A stretch of 64,000 nt of DNA from Octopus vulgaris (GCA_951406725.2 OX597836.1:42532001-42596000), one strand, 5' to 3'; counted from the first letter of the stretch, positions 1 to 23,301 are shown. Numbers and translations: made by a program. Notes: generated by a model not told the origin, from the letters alone.

Positions 1-1738
1 GAAAGAGGGAAATCGTAAAATATTGAGTGTTCTCGAATTTTTGCTTAATTGGGGGTGAAATTGAAAAAACTTTACATGCCATGACCCAATGGAATCTACT
101 TGGAAAAATGATAGGTAAATTCCAATTGAAGAAATTCTATATTGTAGAATTGTATAAAAAACGAACGGTTTGGGAGGCAGAGAAAATCTGCCTTTTATCA
201 TAAGAGATGCATTGAGTACTGTTCTCACTTATGGGCAGGTGCTCCTGCAGATTGTTTCACTCTGTTGGGCTGCATTCGATGCTGTATTCATATTCTATTG
301 GTCCTGATCTATCTTCTAAATTGGATTCACTCTCTCATTGTCATCATGTGGGTCTTCCTTGTCCCTTTTCTATAAGTATTTTCATAGACATTGTTCAGCT
401 GAGCTCTCCTCTCTGGTTCCTCCTCCAAGAACTTATCACCGATCAACTAGACTTGCATCCATCAGTATCCCGTGCAACCTCCTAAGCGCCGTAAAGCCCT
501 TTACAGAACCAGTTTCTTCCCTCACACCTCTGAACTTTGGAATTCCCTTCCACAGTCTTCTTTTCCGCTTTAATATGTCCTTCAGTCTTTTAAGTCTAAT
601 GTACATCTTCTCCTATTGACTTCTGTCTGGTGTCCATTTTATTCTAGTAACTCTTAGGTTTTCAGTGCTCTAAGGATCTTGTAATGAGTGAATGCTTTAA
701 AAGAAGAAAATATATACATATATATTTGTATATATAAATGGATGAATGAATTATCCTTTGTTTACTGTTAACATGGACAATGTTGAGATACTTTCTCTTT
801 CTTTCCTGATGAGAAGATTGCAATTGACACCGTTTATTCCTTTGGAATAAAACCAATGTTGTCTTCGAAACATATGTCGATAGTAAAAGAATTTGAATAG
901 CATCTGCATTCAACTTCATTTATTTACTTGTATTTGTATATATGTATACATATACGATGGGCTTTTTCAGTTTCTTTCCACCAGATCCACTCATAAGGCT
1001 TTGGCCAGCCTAAGGTTATAGCAAAAGACACCTGTCCAAAGTGTAATGCAGTGGGGGAGAACTCAGAACCCTTTGGTTGAGCAGGAATGTTCTTACCACA
1101 CAACCATGTCGGAGCCTTTTAATGAATAATTGATGATAAACATCATTTGTCTGCTGTGTGAATTGAACACACCATGCTATATTGAAAAGGCAATGGAATA
1201 CAAATTAACACTTGAACCACATACCCACTATGTAATACATGTGAGTCTTTAAGTTTATTAATTACTGGTTGAGACGCCATATTTCGTTATGAAATCATAA
1301 TACGCTACTGGGTATATGAAAGGCTTATCAGTTGATACTGTGCTGTTGTACAATGCATATACACCCATTACTTATTTTTAATACTTATTGGACTGTTGTT
1401 GTTGTTGCTGCTGCTATTACTGTTCCTGACCTCCAGGTCAGTTTTGATTGAATGACCTCAGATCAAAGGTGTTCTATCTGATCATACCATTTTCTATGTA
1501 TATCTAGGACTACATCATCTAGTGTGCTATTCCTTTTTGTAAGATGACTCATTGTGATTTGAGTGAAATTTAGCTGTTATTTCTGACAATATTGAGTTAA
1601 TGTGTAGAGGTTACCATTGCCAGTGATGTTGTCTGCTGCTTTCTTATTATTTGTAGATGTTACTGTTGTTGTTGTTGTAGGTGTATCTATTACTTTGGGC
1701 ATCATTGTAACACAGAATATTTCTTGTGTTTTCCACAG

Positions 1739-11376
<9,638 letters not shown>

Positions 11377-12450
11377 AGAATGGTTTATGATTTTACTTTT
11401 TTGGTATGATTGACTACATTATAGCTGTGGTCAGTTTAATAGATGAACTCAAACATATCACAGTCTGATGAAGGATAAGCAAGACGAAACTTCGAAGCCG
11501 TGTCAAAGCTGTTCTTGTTAAAGAATAATAAATAAAACGATTGAAAAGGTTGCAAGACGCAACGAAAATTTTAGGATAATAAAAATAAGAAAAACGTGGA
11601 AATTTTACCGGTGAGTGTGTTACATAATAAGGCAGAAAAAGAAAACGACTCTCCCCAGACACAATAGAATATGCTTCAACACACGAACTCATATAAAGAC
11701 TCCTGCAAACCAAATCCCAAAACGAAAAATAGTAAATAAATACTCGAGAAAAAGTATTCTGTTTAAAGTAAAATTATGGTCAGATAACCAGATATTGGAT
11801 AGCTGGATGGTTATCTAAAACACATGTGTTTCCGAGTCAGAGATGGAAGGCATAGAATAAATATTCGACTGTGCCTTGCGGCAGAAGGTGACGAAATGCC
11901 ACATTTCGTTTGTGGTTGTTGTAAAAAGGAGAGAGCGGGAACGAAATGAAGTCACGGAAAATAATTGTGTGGAATTTACTCAGAGTTACGTCCCCTGGTC
12001 TCTAAATTCTTATGTTTGGCTATAAGAATGCGAATCTGTTGGGTAGAAATATGTGTAGGGTGTTAAGGGGTTGGTAGGCGTGTAGGGCTGATAAATGTGT
12101 CGGAGTCCTTTGGTGGGGTTTGAATAGGGGCGCAGATGCCTGAACCTTTAACACCCTGTTTGGGAACGTATTCATATGTGCATTTATATGTATATAGTGT
12201 TTTTGAAGGCACATGACTTAGTGGCAAGGGGCCATTCGTCTCGCGGTCGTAAGGTCCTTAGTTCGATTCCCGTTGGCGCGTTGTATCCTTGAGCAAGATA
12301 CTTTATTTCACGTTGCTCCAGTCCACTCACCTGGCGAAAAGGAGTAATCTTGATAGTTCAATTGTCACCTATTATATTTACAGATAAATTCCTCTATTTA
12401 GATAATATCGAGTTTTCTTCCATTCTTTTGTTGTCTTACCTTTTCTATCA

Positions 12451-12595
<145 letters not shown>

Positions 12596-13104
12596 TCATA
12601 TGTAGCGGATAATGCAATATGCTGGAAGACGAAGATGATGTTGATTTCACGAAAGAAAGACAGTGGCCGAAGTGGTGAATAACGTATTTATTTCTCCACT
12701 ACATATAATTACAGCCAAACCACGACGGGTAGACGTGTATGAAAACAGTTGGATAGCATACGAGGTAACGAGAGATATATTTTCTAGTGAAAGGGTGGAT
12801 AGCGTTCTAGCAGCAGTATGTAAATAAATCAAGTGATGTTGTCGAAATGAAAGTGAGTGGGTAAGAAAGTAAGAGAGGGGTTGACTGGACAACTGTATCG
12901 TTGGGGAATTCCATAGCTGTCCCTCTATGACGTTCTGTCGAGACGGTATTTGGAATCGTCTCTGTGTTTAGCCCCTTGTGGGTAATAAAGAAATAGGTAT
13001 TTGGAACCGGTCGGCCTGCTCTTTGTCTGTTGTCTCTCCAAATGTTTGTATTTATAACAATATACTTTTCTACTCGAAATTTCGGGGAAGGGGGCCAGTC
13101 GATT

Positions 13105-13510
13105 TGATCTAAAGGGGCTAAACACATAGATGACAAACAAGGACAGACAAACAGAATAAGTCGATTACATCGACCCCAGTGCGTAACTGGTACTTATTTA
13201 ATCGACCCCGAAAAGATGAAAGGCAAAGTCGACCTCGGCGGAATTTGAACTCAGAACGTAGCGACAGACGATATACCTATTTCTATACTACCCACAAGGG
13301 GCTAAACACAGAGGAGACAAACAAGAACAAACAAACGGATTAGGTCGATTACATCGACTTCAGTGCGCAAATGGTACTTAATTTATCGATCCTGAAAGGA
13401 TGAAAGGCAAAGTCGACCTCGGCGGAATTTGAACTCAGAACGTAACGGCAGACGAAATACCGCTCAGCATTTCACCCGTCGTGCTAACGTTTCTGCCAGC
13501 TCGCCGCCTT
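13105..13510 (-). mobile_element. tandem tRNA-derived SINE units with a Meta-like central domain; paralogous array 52730-53325 has one extra unit; other copies at 4725-4935, 9430-10390, 31865-32065, 42020-42700, 47355-47790
   Basis: Repeated gagctggcagaa.cgttagc...gagttcaaattccgccgaggtcgactttgcctttcatcctttcggggtcgat..aagtacc. The Meta-domain assignment is from memory of the consensus. Confidence 0.75.
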
Positions 13511-13639
13511 ATTTATAGTAATATACACAATAGTTACACGGGTGTACACACCGTTGAGAACAAAGGGTTGGTGGATGTAGGTCGACCCTTATCGTACGTG
13601 AACTTGTTATGATACACACACACACACACAGTCATCATC

Positions 13640-13960
13640 AGTAGATGTTTTGGGTTTAGCACAAAAAATAGGTGGGCGTCAAAAGTGTTCTGTATGTTCT
13701 CATGAAAAACTATATCTCTTAAAAAGCTTGAGTACCTCCAACAAATCGTTAAATTCGTGGAACAATTTGGGACACTTGGGACACTTGACTGGTCTGTAGA
13801 AGAAATCCACTGCATAGACATTAAAACCCGCAAGGTTCTGCCGTCAACCAGAAATCTCCACAGAAATATTGATGCCGAAAGGTTTCCCTACGTGAGAAGA
13901 GATAAAGGAGGTAGGCGTTTGAGATCCGTGCATACAGCATTTAAAATGTCACATAGACTC
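13640..13960 (+). mobile_element. degenerate RLE-class (R4/Dong-like) non-LTR RT fragment; paralogous copy at ~55170-55490
   Basis: WSVEEIHCIDIKTRKVL...LHRNIDAERFPYVRRDKGGRRL resembles the post-RT motif LD.KTRK.L...HP..D..RLY..R..GGRGL. Confidence 0.6.
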
Positions 13961-14012
13961 TCCGATAGCACTAAATACTAGACAGATACAGGAAAGATAT
14001 ACGAAGAAAAGT

Positions 14013-14074
<62 letters not shown>

Positions 14075-14083
14075 CAGATAGAC

Positions 14084-14157
<74 letters not shown>

Positions 14158-14441
14158 CTTTTTTATTGTAGCCACACAGGGCTAAACACAGAATAAAAAT
14201 GGACGAAATACAATGTAGAATTTTTTCTTTTCGAGGTGGGATGGGTGGGGAAAAAAAAGTTTGATTAATAGGGATCTGTGGGTTGTGTGGTGTATAAAAA
14301 AGCAATATATATATATATATAAGGTTGACAGTTTAGGTGTAGCCTTGGAAAGAAAAACCTACAAAAAAGACCAAGGTCACCTCAGACAATTCAAAAAAGA
14401 ACACATGAGTAAGTCGCCTTACTTCTCGTTGTCTCTTTTGG

Positions 14442-17400
14442 TTACAGATTTATGCTTAAAATAGTGTCGTCTTTCATACTGACCATTTTTGCCACTTTTA
14501 CCCACTTTTTATTAAAACATTCGTTCAACAAAGCCTTCCTCTCTATTCTCATCCTCCTTTTCAAGTGGTACTTGAAAAAGTTGACGAGAGACTGACGAGA
14601 GAGGAAGGTGTTTGTTTGCTGTCCTTTCAAACGCGTCCACCACACACATTCTTTCGCCATAGCCATCAGCGTAACGAAAACCGTTTTCCCTTCCCGTTTA
14701 AAGGAAGGTGGTGGAACAATATTCACGATAGACTCGGCCGATAGGCGAGCCTGACCTACACGTGACAACAGCTGTTCGACGAAGGACCACAGCTCTGAAA
14801 TATCTGGACACTGCACGAGTGCATGCAGAACGGTTTCGTCGCTCTGACCGCATCTCGGGCAGGTCGGTCCGGTGATGGTTTTCGAACCGTGTCTGTAGCT
14901 CTTCTCTCGAACAGGTAGTGCGTCTCGATAGCACTGCCAAGCCAGGGATTTCTGGAAGTTATCCATAGGCCCCGGCCCGAACGTCGTCCTGAACAGGCGG
15001 GTTAAGAATTCTTCGTCGACGCCCAGGTTTGCCCCGAGTGTGTCGTCGGACCTCCCCTCCACTAGTCCTCTATAGAACGCTTTAGTCGTTTGTAAGTTGC
15101 ACAAGTTTGACCCCGGTCGGCAGAGCTGCTGTAGAGCTTGGCGACACTCTCAGTGCCAATCACCCAGTTTCGGTCTCTTTTTGATCCACGTTTGCAGTTC
15201 GGTCAGTGAGACGAGCTGCGGGAAGTCGCGCCTCACAAACGGCGCCCACACCTGTTCACCGTCGTCGATGAATTTCCAGAGATGTTGCAGTCTCAGCGCA
15301 TGCCTGTGCATCATCAACCACGGCATGCCCAGTCCTCCATTCAACGGATGTTGACAGCAAATGGACTTCCTCACCATCGGAACGCCATCCTTCCACAGGA
15401 AGTGGAAGAGTATGCGTTCCAGTTTGGTGATGGTGGCGTCGGGACAATGTACGACGGTCAGGCGGTAATCGATGACGGATGCGATGTACGCGTTCGCCAC
15501 CTCCGCCCGGCCTTTTAGAGACAGCTTTCTCTCGGCTCATGTTTAGCTGAGAGCGACCACTCTACACGTGATCTCGTCCCAGTTCTTATCCATTTGGAGG
15601 TCCGGACTGAACCAGACCCCGAGCAATTTAACCGGTCCGTCCGTCCAGCGTCCCACTACTGAGCCGCAGTCGGACGGCATGGGCTTGCTTCTCCAGGTGC
15701 CGAGTAGCAAACCCACTGACTTTTCCGGGTTAATCTTTGCTCCCGTCACCGTTTCGTATTTTCTTAGTGTCTCGCCTATCATCTTGATGTGTTTGTCGCT
15801 CGACACTATGACTGTGACATCGTCCGCATATGCCGACACGCTCGTCCCGCAACCCAGTTCCCGTGGGATGCCCCTCAGTGTCGCCAGCTTCAGCAGTAGC
15901 GGCTCGAGAGTCAATACATACAGAAGCGCCGACAGGGGACACCCCTGACGGACCGAACGCGTGATGTCAAACGGTTTCGACAGGTGACCGTTCACCCGAA
16001 TCACCGATCGGATGCCGCTATACAAGGCAGCGATCCAACCGCGGAAGACGGGACCGAAGCCAGCCGCCCTGAGGACGGCCGCCAAGTACCGATGGTCGAC
16101 CCTATCGAAGGCTTTAGATTGATCCAAATTTATCAGCGCCCCACCCATGCCAGGATCCTTAACTACCCTGTCCACAATGTAGCGCATCAGATGGAGGTTG
16201 TCATGTATGGTTCTGCCCGGCACGGCGCATGTTTGCGCCCTGTCGACCAGTTTACCAATGACAAGCGCCAACCTCTCGGCTATTACTTTGGCCAAAATTT
16301 TCAAATCTGCGTTGAGCAGAGTGATGGGCCTGAAATTATCTATAACATTCCCCTTGTTTGAGTCTTTCTTCAGCAACGTCACTGCACCTCGGCTCACGAA
16401 ACCGGGGATTCTCCCGTTTTGTTGCCAGTTGCAGTAGACTGATGCCAAGAGGTCGCCAAACAAGTCTGGCATTCGACAATACAGCTCGTAGGGTAAACCA
16501 TCCAATCCAGGCGACTTATCCCTCGCGCAGCCCGCCATCGCATCCCACACGTCAGCGGCTGTGATGGAACTTTCACAACACTCCGCTTCTCTTGCCGAAA
16601 GCCGCGGCAGGTCGGTCAGGTAGGCACTGAAATTCATCCCGCGTTCCGACCCACCACTCGCACCGAACAGTCGAGCAAAGTGCTGTTGAAAGGCCTCACA
16701 CATCCTTTCGGGTTCGAGTAAACTGCATCCCTGTTGATCTATTAGAGACCGAATGGTGGATCTGTTGCCACGCTGCGCCTCCGCTACCCGGGCCTCTCGC
16801 GCAGCTTCAATCCCTTCGTTCCTTAAGGCACGCATTTTAGCTATGACGACGCAACCTTCGTGCTTGGCGTTGAGGTGTTGGTCGAGGGCCATCCTCGCAG
16901 CCAGCACGTTGGTTGCGCTGCCAGTGGTAAGTGCCTCTTCTAGTTTCTTAACTAAGTCTCCCTCTACTCTATTTCGTTCTATCGCTAATTCCTTGCTAAA
17001 CCTAAATGATTCCAATTTTATTGCCATTTTCAGGGCGTACCACCAGTGGTTGTTAACGACCGCTCCCGTCAGCGCCCTCTTAATTAACTCGCTAATCTGG
17101 TTCCTGTAAACCTGTCGCGCTAACAGCGACGTGTTCAGTTTCCAGTAACCGGGACCCTGCCTATGTGTTTTATCTAAGTCGAGCGTACACGTAACAAATT
17201 TGTGATCTGTGTAGCTGACTATTTTAAATTGTGGACATCCTACACTATCCCTATCCGCTGTCCTGCATAGAATTCTATCTAGATAAGATCTCGACGATCC
17301 GACGCGGTTTGTCCAAGTCCACGTTGGCACGTTCGGATGGTCGAGTCGGAACCTGTCAGACAAATGGAAACGTCTGAGCAGGTCTTTGAGGCTCTTACAC

Positions 17401-17891
17401 CCCCTTCTATTCCTATCCCTTCCCACATAATCTAGATGCGTGTCCAAGGTAGCGTTCCAATCCCCTACTAACAGTAAAGGTCTAGACGTACCCAGGAAAA
17501 CCTCTAGACGTCTGAAGAAATCCGCCCGACCCGTTAAGGACGGTGCATAACCTGCCATCAGACGGAATGCACACCCATTTCTGCCATCCACGTCCAAGAC
17601 AACCAGCCTACCCTCCGGGTCTAGGAATATTGCTCTTACTTTTACCTTTAGACTCTTTCGAAAAGGCACCGCAGTACATCCACCACCCATGTTCGGCAGA
17701 GAGGGAGAAAAATAAATGTCAAATTGATTGCCAAACATGGACTCGAGGGCCCGCGGCTTACTGAGTCTGGTTTCACTGATAGCTACTATATCCACGTCCA
17801 GTGACTTGATGTCGTTTAGAAGGTAACCTTGCTTCCAAGCCGACGCCAAGCCACGCGCATTCACACAACCTAATTTAAGCATACTTGACAT
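14442..17891 (-). pseudogene. LINE ORF2: APE endonuclease + reverse transcriptase + C-terminal CCHC, interrupted by 3 in-frame stops
   Basis: ORFs 17891-15543, 15500-15150 and 15104-14442 share one frame. Motifs NARGL, ISET, GDWN, YLDRI, YTDH, SPGLDG, FRPITLLN, DQSKAFD, RQGCPLS, AYADD, CPRC..ETVLHALVQC. Stops at 15543, 15537 and 15150. Confidence 0.92.
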
Positions 17892-18076
17892 TTACGAAAA
17901 TTGTGTTTTACACACTATATTAGAAGAGACAAGAGGCAAGAAGTGAGGCCACTTACTCATTTTAAAAGTTTCATTTTTTTCTTCTTCTTCTTTTGTATTG
18001 TTTTTGATGAGGTGTTTGTATAGTTTTTTCGACAGGTATCGTTGATACCCGCCTACCGCATTCGGAAATATTGTTT

Positions 18077-19701
18077 TCAGTATGTGGTGTTGTGCTTGTG
18101 TTTGTGTTTCGGTGGTGTGGTGTGCGGATGATTGTTTGTCTTAAAGTCATCTTCACAGATGACCATGTTAGATTTGATGTAGTCCATTAATTCTTTATTG
18201 TCTGTGTCTATTGCAGTTAGTTGTGTGTGTGGTTTTACGGGTTCATTACTTTTTTGATTGTCTAGGGGGATGTTGTCCTGAGTTAGATATCTCCCTGCTT
18301 TACTTCCTTGTTTGGTGGATTTTTTGGATCTTTTTCTTTTACCCCCTGTGGCTATTTGCCATTCCGTCGAACTTTCGTCGTCCGACGTATCAGTAGAAGG
18401 TAAAGGCAAAGCATTTGCATTACTATGTATGCTTGTATAAATTGTTGATGTTTTGTGCGGTGTTTGTGTTGTTGTGATGTTAGGGGTAGCATTTGTCTTC
18501 TCGTCAGTGTTTTCTGTCTTTTTAATTGTCGTCCTGGGTGTGGGTGTGGGTCTATTTTTTGTTAATTCAACATGTTTAATTGGTTGTGAAGTCAACGGTG
18601 ATTGTGTTGGTACTGTTTCTTTTCTTGGTGATGTTGTTGCGGTTTGTTCGTTGGTTTGTTGTTTTTCTTGGCATTGTTCCATAATTGAGTGTGTTGGTGT
18701 TGGCAACAAAGGGATTTTATTTGTTTTCTGATTTGTTCTTTCTTGTTTTTTCTCTACCAGATCGCACTTGGCAATCAAATGTTCGGGGCTGCCACATTTG
18801 TAGCATCTAGGCTTTTTGCCTTCTGCCACAACATATAGGCATTGCCCATTCTCCAAGTGGATCTTATCCGGTAGGCTCTCGATAGAGGCCCCCTCAATCT
18901 GGATGGTCACCACTATTGTCTTCCCACCCCAAATGTCGCCAGGGTACACGGCGGTCTCCAAAATATTAATATTTTTTAAATGGTAACAGATTGCCCCTGT
19001 TATCCATTTGTTAGGAAGCTCGGGAGGTACATTTTTAATTGTGATTCGACTCACTCTCTGGTGTTTGTAGTATGGGACCATGATGATTTCATCATTTCCC
19101 AGAGACTCAGTAGAGTGAGCTTTTTCCACCTCCTGGTTAGGGAAGCGGACCACTACTGTGTTAAACTGGGGACCCCAGTTTATGTACTCTTTTTCTTTCA
19201 TTATGTTTTTTAAACATTTTTCCACATCAGTTTTTGTAATCTGTTCATTTAGTTTTTTGTTTTTTCTAATAATTTTATATACAATTGTCTTATTTTCTAT
19301 TTCTTGCTTTATGTGTTGAGTGTATGCAGCACTAAATCTTGTCCACGGGTTGTAAAGAGAGCTCTTGTTTCTATGAGCTCTTCATTTGTGAATGTTACTA
19401 TTTCCTTCTTCTGTCGAAGAGTGTCCGCGAAATTTACTGTTGTTGATTTTTTTGTATTAACATCAGATAGATCATTTTTATTGTTGTTCTTGTTGTTGCT
19501 GTTGTTTTTGTCAATAGTTTTCGTGCGAGTTTTATTTTTATCATTTATGTTGGTCGTGGTAGTGGTGGTGGTGGTGGTGGTGGAGGCGGTGGTGGTGGTA
19601 GCATTAGTAGTCTCGTGGTTGCTGTGGTTAGTGGTGGTGGTAGCGGTGGTGACAGGGCTGTTACCGCACGTGGTTGCAGCGTTCATTTTACCGATATTCA
19701 T
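18077..19701 (-). pseudogene. LINE ORF1 (gag-like, CCHC zinc knuckle) with one frameshift near 19310
   Basis: ORFs 19701-19309 and 19225-18077 join by a frameshift; RCYKCGSPEHLIAKC knuckle; lies directly upstream of ORF2. Confidence 0.78.
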
Positions 19702-20012
19702 ATTTGCACTTTCCGTGCGTACGTTCTTTTTTTTTCTCTATCGTTTCCAGACTAGGAAAATGTTGTTCCATAAAAGAACGCGACCAGCGTTCTACAATAA
19801 AATTTCTAGACATTTTCTAATGTCGAGAAGAAAATTACAGAAATGAAATGGGGTTGAAACTGCCCCTAGGGGCGAATTCCTCCCTTGGAAAAGCACTCAA
19901 ACGAAAGTTGGTTGCCTTACACACCTTATTTGCAAAAATGTACACAAAAATTGGGCTATAAATAGTCAAAATAAACGATTACCTTCGGAGCCGAACTGAC
20001 ATCACGTCCGTC

Positions 20013-20083
<71 letters not shown>

Positions 20084-20128
20084 CATAGATAGATAGATAG
20101 ATACATAGATAGACAGACAGACAGATAA

Positions 20129-20173
<45 letters not shown>

Positions 20174-20194
20174 GAGACAGACAGAGAGACAGAC

Positions 20195-20270
<76 letters not shown>

Positions 20271-20316
20271 GTAGAGAGAGTGCTTTTGACAGTGATGATT
20301 GGAAGTATGTCAGATG

Positions 20317-20366
<50 letters not shown>

Positions 20367-20842
20367 AAATAGAAGGAATGAAGCGAGATATAGAGAAGAA
20401 AGGAGAACGAATCAACAGCGTCGATAGAGTAATTAGACTGTGACAGGGAGGGGGGAATAACTCACCTCGATATTCATTCAGTGTGTAGTTTTCGTGAGGA
20501 AATGAAGGAGAAAAATTCAGTTTTTCCACATTTATATCAATCGCTGTCGTCGTTAAAAAATGAAGAAGATAAATAATCTAGGCACATTGGATTACGTATC
20601 CCTAGATACACAGTGGTTTAAAATGAGAGGGGATGGTCACAGCTAAGACGTCTATTTGAACCTATGGGTCTGCTTGTTCAGGATTGAAGGGAGTTTAAAG
20701 GACATCAGCGTCAGGAGCAGGTGATTATTATTTTAAATATCTTTTATTTGTTTCAGTCGCTGTGGCCATGCTGTACACTTCCCCTCAAAGTAGCATAGAA
20801 ATGTCAGTTCAATAGCCATTTTGTAAGCCTTGCAGTGAGTGA

Positions 20843-20938
<96 letters not shown>

Positions 20939-21474
20939 GGGGGGAGAACTTTGCAAACAATGAATGAAATAAACAAGAAAAGGAAAAGTCGTATAAATAT
21001 AAGGGCCTTACTACAGATGTATACGCCCCCGATTTTGTTGCCCCATGACATCCAGAAAAAGGGATCCCTTTTAACAAAATTTTATACAAATACCGCTTAG
21101 ATGTTGTGGCTTCAGAGTTTAAAGGGATTTATGAGAAAGCATTTTTCCGAGGCGGCAGAGAGAGAAGTTTTGGAAAATTCACAAGATTTGACTTTTTCCC
21201 CTCATAACTTTCAGGAAGATGGGTATCTTTTAATGAAAATTTATGCAAATCCCTTTCAAACGGCATAGACCATGATTATAGAGAAATTTGTGGGGAGAAA
21301 TTTTTCAGGGATTTTGCTCATGTTTTTAAAACACAGCGTTGGAAATGATGGGTGGGGGTCATTGCTAGTGGAGCGGCCATGCTTACACTGCAAAACCAGA
21401 AAGAAAAATGGTGCGATCAGGATCAAACTTCGAATATTTGACCATGATAGTGTGTGTGTGTGTATGTGTGCGTG

Positions 21475-21526
<52 letters not shown>

Positions 21527-21533
<7 letters not shown>

Positions 21534-21718
21534 ATATTTCGGAACGGTCATTTTGCCAGTTTAGCCAGTAAAAACACACGCACTATATATGTTACTTTGC
21601 TTCAGTGTTATTTATTTTTTACATTAATCATAATCTTATTTCGGCGTCTGTTTTTTTATAGTGCCTGTGTTTTTATTGGCTAAACTGGCAAAATGACCAC
21701 TCCGAAATATAACAATAT
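21527..21718. repeat. inverted repeat with ~60-bp arms
   Basis: tattgttatatttcggaacggtcattttgccagtttagcca... versus ...tggctaaactggcaaaatgaccactccgaaatataacaata. Confidence 0.85.
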
Positions 21719-21809
21719 CTGTTTCCACACACGACTTCACATAAAAAATCTTGCACAACAAATATATAAATGTATATATATGTATGTATATATATATATA
21801 TATGTGTGC

Positions 21810-21893
<84 letters not shown>

Positions 21894-22061
21894 ATGTGTA
21901 TATATATATATATATATAATGTATATATATATATATATATAAGTGTGTGTCTGTGTATGTGTATATGTATATATATATATATATGCACATATATATGTAT
22001 ATATATATATATATATATATGCACATATATATATGTATATATATATATATATATGAGTATA

Positions 22062-22101
<40 letters not shown>

Positions 22102-22492
22102 AACAATCTTACTTAGAAAGGGATGCGTGCGTTCCGTCATATCGCCTTCACCTTCGAAACGTATAGTAGATGAAACCATGGCGACTGAAGAAGGGATTTT
22201 TTCCTTGTGTTTTTTGTTGTTTAAGAAAAATGTCCAGGTCCTTGAGATTTTGTCTATGTTTTCGTTTCTCCTTGTGTTCGACGTTTCTTTGGTGTCCTGT
22301 ACACATATATGCGTGTATATATTCGTACATATATGTATGTATATATGCATATGTTTAATTTATTAATATATATATATATATATATATATACATACTCTCT
22401 TTACTCTTACTTGTTTCATAAAAACCGTCCTTCTGATCAATTGATAAGCCCACTTGTTTGGCCAAGGCCGAGATAATTGAAGCTGTCTGCAA

Positions 22493-22542
<50 letters not shown>

Positions 22543-22559
22543 ATATATATATGTTGTTC

Positions 22560-23130
22560 AAATTTATAGAAATACAATGACGAAGATAGCGGCATAACAG
22601 ACAATGAAGACATGTGGGGTCAAGGGGCTGACCACAGTGGCATCTCAGTCCTGTACAGACTTCAGTTCCCACTCTGAGTGCAATGGAGATGCGGATTTCA
22701 TCTAAACTGACCAATCTTCTAGTGTCGGCCACAGGAAAGGCATCAATCCAGTCCCCTGAGAATTTTGCACGAGCTGAAAGTAGGCGACACCTTGAAAAAT
22801 GATCAGATTGATCAAGGAGAGAGTTGAAAGTGGCACCTGACTACAGATTGTCCCATATTCTCTGTTTCTGTCTATCCTCCACTCTAACCGGAACTGACAA
22901 ACCCAGCTCTCTCCCCACTGTGATAGAGCTTCATCCATCTCCTGGTTGGAATTAATCCCCGTTGGAGAGGAGAGGATGTTTCCTACCGAAGGGGAGCAAG
23001 CGTGGATGGAGGAAAGAAAGCAGGAGAGAGATAAAGCCAAGCACTTGCGGAGACTCAGGCCCCAAACCGTTTGTGCAAAGCAGCTTAGTTGCAGGATCCT
23101 AGAAAGAGTTTGACATTGACCAAGCATTCA
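22560..23130 (-). mobile_element. degenerate CRE-like (RLE-class) non-LTR fragment
   Basis: EIRISIALRVG...CHCGQPLDPTCLHCLLC zinc-knuckle region; reverse-complement similarity to 56430-56645. Confidence 0.55.
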
Positions 23131-23207
23131 AATTTCCCGAAGATTAAGTCGTCAATGAAAATTATAAAACTGAAGCTAATTTTCTTCATGGTAGTTCTGT
23201 TCTTGCA

Positions 23208-23301
23208 TTGTTATGATATAATCTCAGTGTTATGATATAATCTCAGTGTTATGATATAATCTCAGTGTTATGATATAATCTCAATGTTATGATATAATCT
23301 G
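23208..23301. repeat. same 19-bp minisatellite, ~5 copies (paralogous site)
   Basis: Same unit and same flanks as 57382-59022. Confidence 0.95.

Larger units (their letters stand above)
14157..20012 (-). mobile_element. near-full-length non-LTR retrotransposon (L1/Tx1-like; ORF1 plus APE-RT ORF2) inserted in a (GATA)n microsatellite
   Basis: Two-ORF layout, 3' AATAAA, and (GATA)n on both sides (14013-14156, 20013-20270). The paralogous site at 55546-55830 is an uninterrupted (GATA)n tract with the same outer flanks. Confidence 0.92.

Noticed and set aside
15568-17109. Plus-strand ORFs overlapping the LINE
   Set aside because: Antisense shadows of the GC-rich ORF2 with no independent motifs.
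22140-22200. Permuted hammerhead (GAAAC...CTGAAGA) here and at 50010-50060
   Set aside because: Core-like words are present, but I could not form stem I; unsupported.
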